Source: Eledone cirrhosa | Taxonomy: Eukaryota | NCBI GenBank assembly: GCA_964016885.1 | Contig: OZ024748.1 | Coordinates: forward strand, 6,262,001 to 6,326,000 | Direction of reading: 5' to 3' | DNA: 64,000 nt | In this document: positions 56,201 to 64,000 of the stretch, one piece after another | How the letters are laid out: each line of letters starts with the position of its first letter | How positions within the stretch are numbered: the stretch's first letter is position 1 | Position numbers and translations under genes: made by a program | The notes under the pieces: generated by a model | Told to the model about the DNA's origin: nothing | The model's input: only the letters and a program-made list of their open reading frames with translations | The model's database searches: none

Positions 56201-56899
56201 GTAGTGGTGGTGGTGTTGTTTGTTTTTTGCTATTTGTCGATGTGCAAACGACAATGGTGGCGATGATGATGATGATGATAATTATATAATTTAGCGGTGC
56301 TGGTGCCAATGCTTTCGCGTTGGTTTTAGTGGTAGCGATAGTAGCAGTTATAATGGTTTGTCGTGGTGGTGGTGGTGGTGGTGGTGGTGGTGGTGGTGGT
56401 GGTGGTGGTGGTGGTGGTGGTGGTGGTGGTGGTGGTGGTGTGATGGTGGTTGAGATAGTGATAATGATAACGATGGTGTTGTCTTTGTATTTGTTACTGT
56501 TGGGGGATACACAAAGACATGTACATCCAAATATATAAACATAGATACACATATACATACTCAAACACAAACATACAGAAACATATACATGCATACACAA
56601 ACATACACGAAGATACACACACAAACACTCATGCGTACACATATACAAACATATACATACACAAACATACACGAACATACACACACAAACACTCATACAT
56701 ACACATATACAAACATGAAATCACATACACGGACAATAAGTCATAGAAATATTATTTTGTGAGACATGACGCTCCACAGACCCAAGATTATGTACTCCGC
56801 GTCACACGCACGCGTCCGAACACACTCCCCTATGAAATGCGATAGTCAGCATTTGCTTTCGTCCCTAACGTCAATCTAAACGCACACACACACTTCTCT

Positions 56900-57340
56900 A
56901 TATGACACTTTCACTATAGAGCTAACGAGGGAGATATACCATGGTTTGTATAGCTGCTAGAAAAAGCAGCCAAATCACCTTCAAACCACAACATCACCCT
57001 AACTAAATACATATATCACATCCTATAAAACTTCTTTTCATATACAGCCGATGAGACATTACGTGGTCGATATATTTGTTAAAAATAGCAGCTAAATAAC
57101 CTTTACATCACAACCATCTCTCTAAACAGACTTCCCTTCGTAACACTTTCACTACAGAGCCAGATGAAAATATTACGTGGTTTATAAAACTGCTAGAAAT
57201 AGCAACCAAATCACGCTCAAATAGCATCCCTCACCCTAACTTCACACACACATGACATTTTCAAGATAGAGAAACGAGGGAGATGTTCTGTACTCGGTTG
57301 ATTTGCTAGAAATAGTTGGTAAAATTCCCTCATATCTCAC
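56900..57340. repeat. Diverged tandem repeat of about 115-120 bp, about 4 units
   Basis: acactttcacta.agagc ... gctagaaatagc.ccaaatcac recurs. Confidence 0.65.
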
Positions 57341-57829
57341 CATAACTGTCTTAGAGCCTAACTTTGACTTTTGTCATTTCGAGATTGATAAAAGAATAAA
57401 AAAACACAAACAAACAAGCAAACACAAGAACACACATGCACACACATAAGCACACACACCGACATATACACAGACACTTATGCACATACACGCATGCAAA
57501 GACTCTCTCTCACAAACACACATACACTTACGCACACACATACACTTACGCACACACATATACATACACACACTACTCGCCAGCCGCTATTCTATCGAAC
57601 TATATGTACTTATTTTATGAGAAAATTATGAAAAACAGCAGGAATTGTGTATTCAATGACCGCAAAATATATCGTTCAATGATAAAGTAATGATAACGAA
57701 AACACTGAAAAATCCTTGTCTATTCAATCGTTAACCACCATATCGATTGGTTATTATTATATTTATTTTTATTATTCCCAGTATGTTTCTTCTTAGTATT
57801 CTAGTGCACCAGTGTCGTAAATATCGACA

Positions 57830-58400
57830 GCAATAACGTTCAACATTTTGACATTTTGGAGTCGCATTTGGGATGTCATATATGTCAAGATTACAGAATG
57901 TATGAACAATATATTCTGTAATCTGAGGAAGTCACACTTTTATATTTTAATGATTGACATAAGAGAAACCCTATATTTTATGTTGATTACTCACATCTAA
58001 AAGTAATTTAAGTTAGGAATGGTACTTTAATTGTTTATTGCTAGGATATGATTATATACATGTTCAGCATATATGAATAAATGATATACAAGATTGAATG
58101 TACGAGTAAGTTTGGGGAAATAACTAGGTACATGGACAAATATAGACTTAGAATTCTTAAATGTATAATTGGTAAACGAATTTCTTATTGTGGCTACATG
58201 ACTGGCATAGGAAAAGCATTGAGTGGATGTCTTTAATCAAAGCCTTCGGATCCTTGACTTCAGAGGCAGTGCTCAGATGTCTACCATCATTAGCACAACC
58301 AGAATCCTACGATATATTTAGTGCCTGAGATGAGGGGCTCATCTGAGGCCAGTTAATGCTTCACCTAGCAACCCTTTCCTAGAGAAACCTTACAGAAAAA
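57830..58400 (+). mobile_element. Highly decayed 3' end of an R4/Dong-like LINE (restriction-like endonuclease type)
   Basis: QMSTIISTTRILRYI* at 58274-58321 resembles the terminal QxxxLLGTARILR motif; upstream YEQ...SEEVTLL resembles WYEH...ExxxILW. Confidence 0.5.
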
Positions 58401-58487
58401 AAAATATATTATTGTTGTTGTTGTTTTCAAGTCAGTTGGGAAATGGGTGGAAGTGATTAGAAAGATAGCAAGATAGTATGCTTCAGG

Positions 58488-58597
58488 TAGAGTCGGGACC
58501 CCTACGGCTGAGCTTTTGCCGTTTCAACAAAATCTTTCCAAGTCTCGACTACTCTGTGGACTAATTCTCTAACCAGTTTCACACTGAATCCATCGTG

Positions 58598-58600
<3 letters not shown>
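58488..58600 (-). mobile_element. Divergent family A relative
   Basis: Reverse complement GAAAC GGC AAAAGCTCA GCC GTA GGGGTCCC. Confidence 0.55.
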
Positions 58601-58641
<41 letters not shown>

Positions 58642-58645
<4 letters not shown>

Positions 58646-58702
58646 AGGCTTCTTGAGGACCTTGTTTACTGTGGTTACCCCCGATTGAACCCGTGATAAA
58701 CT
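58642..58702 (+). mobile_element. 3' end fragment of family B
   Basis: ttactgtggttacccccgattgaacccg between TA tracts. Confidence 0.7.
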
Positions 58703-58772
<70 letters not shown>

Positions 58773-59143
58773 GAGAGAGACATAGAGTGTGTAAGAAAGT
58801 GATAGAGAGAGTCTGAGAAAGAGAGGGAGAGAGAGAAAGAGACAGTGTGTGTGTGTGAGGGAAGGTGTGGTAGATGTGAGGAGCTGAAATAGGTGAAGAC
58901 GTATTCAAGACATTACTAATACTTTCCGACTTTTCTTCCGATTGGACGGGTCAGCGAGGAAGATTTGGCTGTGTTGTCAAGAATTGCAATGCCTGTCCCT
59001 CCCTTCACACACCTACACATATATACAAATATTTCACTCATACACACAAACACTTCAATCCCACACCAATACACACACACACAAACACTTCACTCCCACA
59101 CCAACACAGACGCACAAACACTACACTCACACATGGATAGAAT

Positions 59144-59198
<55 letters not shown>

Positions 59199-59456
59199 AT
59201 ATATACATTGACGGTTAGACTGGAGAAAATGTTTGACAAACATAGAGAGATTCTCTCGTTTTTATTTTTGCCGTCCCTTTCCTAAACTCGCCGTTGTCTT
59301 AATTTATGGCATTCACCGCAATTACGTCCAAATTTAGGTGTAAATGAAGGCACTCGGGCGAATGTTTAGATTTCAGAAAAAAAGGGGATAAATGAGTGTG
59401 TGTGTTTCTATGTGGCAGTGTACATGTGTAAATGTCTTTTTGTATGTGTATTTGTG

Positions 59457-59593
<137 letters not shown>

Positions 59594-59618
59594 TTATATA
59601 TATATATATATATATAAA

Positions 59619-59810
59619 TAACGAAGGAGTTGTGGTAAGGAAACAGATGAACCATAACGCACCAGAGTACTCAATACTTAGGGTAGTAGAGTGGGTAATA
59701 GGAAAAAGTATGACCCCGACGGCAGAGCTCAAGCCGTTTCGACGGCTATTTCTGGACAGAAATAGCCGTCGAAACGGCTTGAGCTCTACCGTCAGGGTCA
59801 TACTTTTTCC

Positions 59811-59812
<2 letters not shown>
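59619..59812 (-). mobile_element. HHR fold-back family A copy
   Basis: Near-perfect palindrome ...ctatttctg ga cagaaatag...; short arm ends tttttccTA. Confidence 0.9.
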
Positions 59813-59869
<57 letters not shown>

Positions 59870-59952
59870 GAGATCTCTTTGTCTTTGTCTCTCTCTCTCT
59901 ATATATATATATAGATATGTATATATTTATATAAATGTGTGTGTGTGTATGC

Positions 59953-59985
<33 letters not shown>

Positions 59986-61009
59986 TACCTATGTATTGTT
60001 ACGTGTGAGGAGAATGTGAGTGTCTGAGCTATTGTGTTTGCGACTGTTTTCCTGCATGTGCGTGTATGTGTGTAAGTGAAAGAAAGAAAGAGAGATAGAG
60101 AAAGAGTGACAGAGAGAGAGAGAGAGAGAGAGGAAGAGTGAAAGAGAGAGAGATACGCAGAGATACATAGAGAGGGGTTGGTGTGGATAGATAAGCGTGT
60201 TTGCTCTCAGCTAGACTATCTAGTTATTTACAACGCTGGTTTTGGTCACAGTAAACCAGTATATTGATGATTCAGAGTTCAAGATCGGCTAACGAGAGCT
60301 CATGGCTGATAGATTCTTACTTATAACTAATGAATTATGTAAGTATGTATGGTCACGTAGGTCCACATAACCAAATGATGTTGTAAGGGGCGCTGTTGTG
60401 ATACAGGGTGTATCTTGAGTACTTAAGATTTGGCAGAGACCATCTTCTTTCTAGGTTGGAACACAGCCGACTTCTTCCAAAGAAAGTGAAAGAGAAGAAG
60501 TGAGGAATATATATAGAGGAAGAATCGAATCTAGTACTAGACTGGCACATCGACCTCGAAAATATGATCTCGGCGAGATTTGAGCGCTGGGGACTGGCAA
60601 GACAACCATAAATTATGCTACCTACGTTCTAAGGATTCTGCTAGTCCGGTGCATATATTGAGAGATATAGCAGACTTGCTCTCTCTCTCTTTCACTGACA
60701 AGGTATCTCACCTCCATCTCGCCTCTTTCTTTCTCCTTCTTTCTATTCAGCTCTATTATACTCTTTCTACAAACACACTCTCCCCCTATCTGTATTCCTC
60801 TCTCTATCAGAGCTTATCTACATCCATTTCTCCTCCTCCTCTCCCTCGTCTGAGTATTCCCCCTCTATCAGTCTCTAGCTATCTCCCTACCAATCCTATA
60901 AGTCTCAAAGTGTGGTTCCTTTATTTTTAGGGTCAATGATGCCCACATAAATTTCATCTGCTAATTAAAGTCTCTCCCGAAATTGGTTTGATTTATAACC
61001 ATGGTGACT

Positions 61010-61064
<55 letters not shown>

Positions 61065-61215
61065 CAAAACACACACAGGGGCATTATATGTATAGTATAT
61101 ATATATATATATATATATACGTTCATATATGAATATATACACACATGCATGCATATATATGTTCATGCATACATACACAAACAGACACACGAACACTACG
61201 ATATTCATATATGTA

Positions 61216-61249
<34 letters not shown>

Positions 61250-61381
61250 CATACATACATACATACATACATACATACATACATCTCTATGTCTGTCTCT
61301 CTCTCTACCTATGTATATATATGTGTGGATGTGTGTATATGTATGTATGTAGGTATGAGTGCTTATAAGTATGTACGCATG

Positions 61382-61413
<32 letters not shown>

Positions 61414-61514
61414 AGTGTGTGTGTGTGTGTGTGTGTACGAATACATTTAATTATATATAGATAGATATAGATATACAGTTATACAAACGTGAACATACCA
61501 GACACGCAAATACG

Positions 61515-61548
<34 letters not shown>

Positions 61549-61583
61549 CATATATATATATACATATATACATATATATATAC

Positions 61584-61628
<45 letters not shown>

Positions 61629-61665
61629 CATATATATATACACACACACACATCTATATATATAT

Positions 61666-61726
<61 letters not shown>

Positions 61727-62201
61727 CATACACACGTCTACACATAACTAGCGATCACAACACAGTAGCTGTGTGTCAGACATGAAATGTAGACACCAAA
61801 TCGTAGGAATCAAGACATAATATGTCAACCCACATCTCATCAAATACATGCCAGGTCTTACGAAAGGACCCCCCCCCTCCCTATCCCTTCCAAGGTAAAC
61901 AGAAATTCAAACAAAACGTGTGCCAAAGTATTTGCTCCTACACGATGAGTTGATCTGCTAGAAAAAGCAATATAGTCCCCCCAAGAGTCATATCCTAACG
62001 TTTTTCTGTTAAATTTATTTACTTAATTTGATTATGTACAACGCAACATGTATGTATTGTATGTATGGCCCCGTAACTCTTGATAGAGTCGTTGGAGCGC
62101 CGTAATAAAATATGGCGTTGCTTTACCATTTTTAAAGCCAAGCTGGAGCCCGTCTCTTTCCGGGCCTGAGTACGGTAGATTTCTTCCAGAGAAAGACACA
62201 A

Positions 62202-62276
<75 letters not shown>

Positions 62277-62299
62277 AAATGAGAAAGAGATATAGAAGA

Positions 62300-62455
62300 A
62301 GAATCGACCGCAGGACCTGACTGGTATATTTTTATCGATCTCAAAATCATGAAAGGCAAAGTTGACCTTGGTGGGGTTTTAACTGAGAGAGCAGAGAGCC
62401 GGAACGAGTAGTATAAAACATTCTCTCTCACGTTCCAACGATTCTGCCATTTCGC
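62300..62455 (-). mobile_element. Older SINE S1-related copy
   Basis: ctggtatatttttatcgatc..atgaaaggcaaagttgacc..acgattctgcca. Confidence 0.7.
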
Positions 62456-62474
62456 CACATTACAACGCAACATC

Positions 62475-62640
62475 GCCGTATGGTTAAGGAGTTCGCCTTG
62501 AAATCACTAGGTCCTGAGTTCGATTCCCATGTGGGACATTTTGGGGCAAGTGTCATTTACCATAGCCTCAGGTCGACCCATGCCTTGAGAATCTAATTGG
62601 GGAGACGGGAACTGTCTCATGCTGAAACCGTCTGTGTATT
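62475..62640 (+). mobile_element. tRNA-derived SINE (family S3)
   Basis: tggttaagg A-box, gagttcgattccc B-box, gggcaagtgtc..atagcctcagg..agacgggaactg; decayed relative near 43620-43740 (-). Confidence 0.65.
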
Positions 62641-62851
62641 AACTTATGTATACACGTGTCTGTGGTATGTTTAAGCTACTTATGCATATATTTCAGGAGT
62701 GGGGCATTCCATTAATTGAACATCTAGGAAAATCATCGTCTAATGTGACGGAGGTCCATTCCATTCTATCTAAAGAGAAATAACAACATTATCATCATCA
62801 TGTACATTATCATTGTCGTTATTATCTACACTATTAGCATTGTCTCCATAA

Positions 62852-63035
62852 TAATTGTTTCTAAGTTTGGCACAAGGCCACCAAATACCCAGTGCATTAC
62901 TGGTACTTTATTTTATCGACCCCGTAAGGATAAAAGGCAAAGTTAACCTCGGCGGGATTTGAACTCAGAATGGCAAGGGCCGTAACTCTATACGTCAAAG
63001 CATGGCGTCCGACTCTCTACCTATACTGCCAATCC
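62852..63035 (-). mobile_element. Full-length SINE S1
   Basis: Reverse complement of the S1 consensus. Confidence 0.85.
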
Positions 63036-63086
63036 AACATAATAATGAAATTCGTGATGAGCGTGCTATATATTTCACAGTGTCTA

Positions 63087-63213
63087 TATATATATAAACA
63101 CAAATATATATGTAAACACAAATATATATGTAAACACAAATATATATGTAAACACAAATATATATGTAAACACAAATATATATGTAAACACAAATATATA
63201 TGTAAACACAAAT
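63087..63213. repeat. 18-bp tandem (TATATATGTAAACACAAA), 7 copies
   Basis: taaacacaaa at 63095, 63113, 63131, 63149, 63167, 63185 and 63203. Confidence 0.95.
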
Positions 63214-63473
63214 AATTATTTGTGTTTACAACAAATTTTAAACAATCCTCTTGACAACTACAATCTTCCCATATAAGGAAGTACCCCCTTGAAAAGTTCG
63301 GCTATTTAATCACCAGGCTAAAAATTCTAATTTAGTCCAGAAATAGCCGTCGAAACGGCTTGAGCTCTGCCGTCGGGGTCATCCTTTTTCTTATTTCCCA
63401 CTCTACTACCCTATGTATTGAGTACTCCGGTGCGTTATGGTCCATCTGGTTCCTTACCACACTTCTTTAGTTA
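63201..63473 (+). mobile_element. Family A copy extending furthest 5', retaining the whole hammerhead fold (63283-63379)
   Basis: CCCC UUGAAAA G UU CGGCUAUUU (33-nt loop) AAAUAGCCG U C GAAAC GGC UUGAGCUCU GCC GUC/GGGG; 30-bp perfect palindrome at the 5' end; standard family A 3' tail. Confidence 0.85.
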
Positions 63474-63726
63474 TATATATATTTATATATGAAGGACGGC
63501 GGTTGTATGTGTATATATGTGTGTGTTTCCTCATGTGGGTGTGTGTATGTTTGCGCCTGTATGTATGTGTGTATATCTGAAGGACATTGGTTGTATGTGT
63601 ATATGTGTGTGTTTGTTTGTATGGATGTATGTATGTGTGTATGTACCTGTATGTATGTATGTGTGCATGTCGTTATGCATGTGTACATGTGTGTATTTGC
63701 GTGAGTATATGTGTTTGCACGTGTGC

Positions 63727-63764
<38 letters not shown>

Positions 63765-64000
63765 ACGTCTGTGTGTATGTATTTGTGAGGGTTGGGGGAT
63801 ATATGTGTTTAAGTGTGTTTGTGTTTGTATGTGTGTATATGTGCACGCGTGATGTTCTGTGAGAGTAAGTGTATGTGTCTATGTGTATGTGCGTTTGTGT
63901 GCGTGTACTTGTTGTTCGTGTTGTTATCGTGTGTTCGATATTGTTAATTAACCCGTGAATATAGAGAAAAAAGAAAGGAAGAGACGGAGAGAGAGATAGA

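Noticed and set aside
53433-56696. 1087-aa Pro-rich, extensin-like ORF, and ORF 52948-53538
   Set aside because: Begins in CA/GT microsatellite and consists of 54-bp and 90-bp tandem units; stops are absent for compositional reasons.

Overview
Eukaryotic, AT- and microsatellite-rich genomic DNA. The SINE families resemble those I recall from octopus/cephalopod genomes (inference). Nearly all ORF-track entries are translations of simple repeats. Recognisable content: 3' fragments of LINEs (CR1/L2-like at 0.3-1 kb, RTE-like at 23.6 and 44.3 kb, R4/Dong-like at 58 kb), a mariner remnant (40.5 kb), about 25 tRNA-derived SINE copies, two large minisatellites (61-bp and 54-bp units), and candidate exons of a minus-strand secreted-protein gene. 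The main signal is a dense set of short (150-500 bp) non-coding inserts within (TA)n tracts, from at least 10 sequence families. They carry type I hammerhead ribozyme (HHR) motifs of the kind known from Penelope-like element pLTRs. Most are asymmetric fold-backs with the inversion point inside or next to the ribozyme. Several HHRs are complete and canonical. Two show a U3/A8 double change of the core. One fold-back end is reiterated as an 18-bp tandem. Four families share a small 3' hairpin. A decayed Penelope-like GIY-YIG C-terminus lies at 29.8-30.1 kb. All structures were folded by eye; no searches were run.
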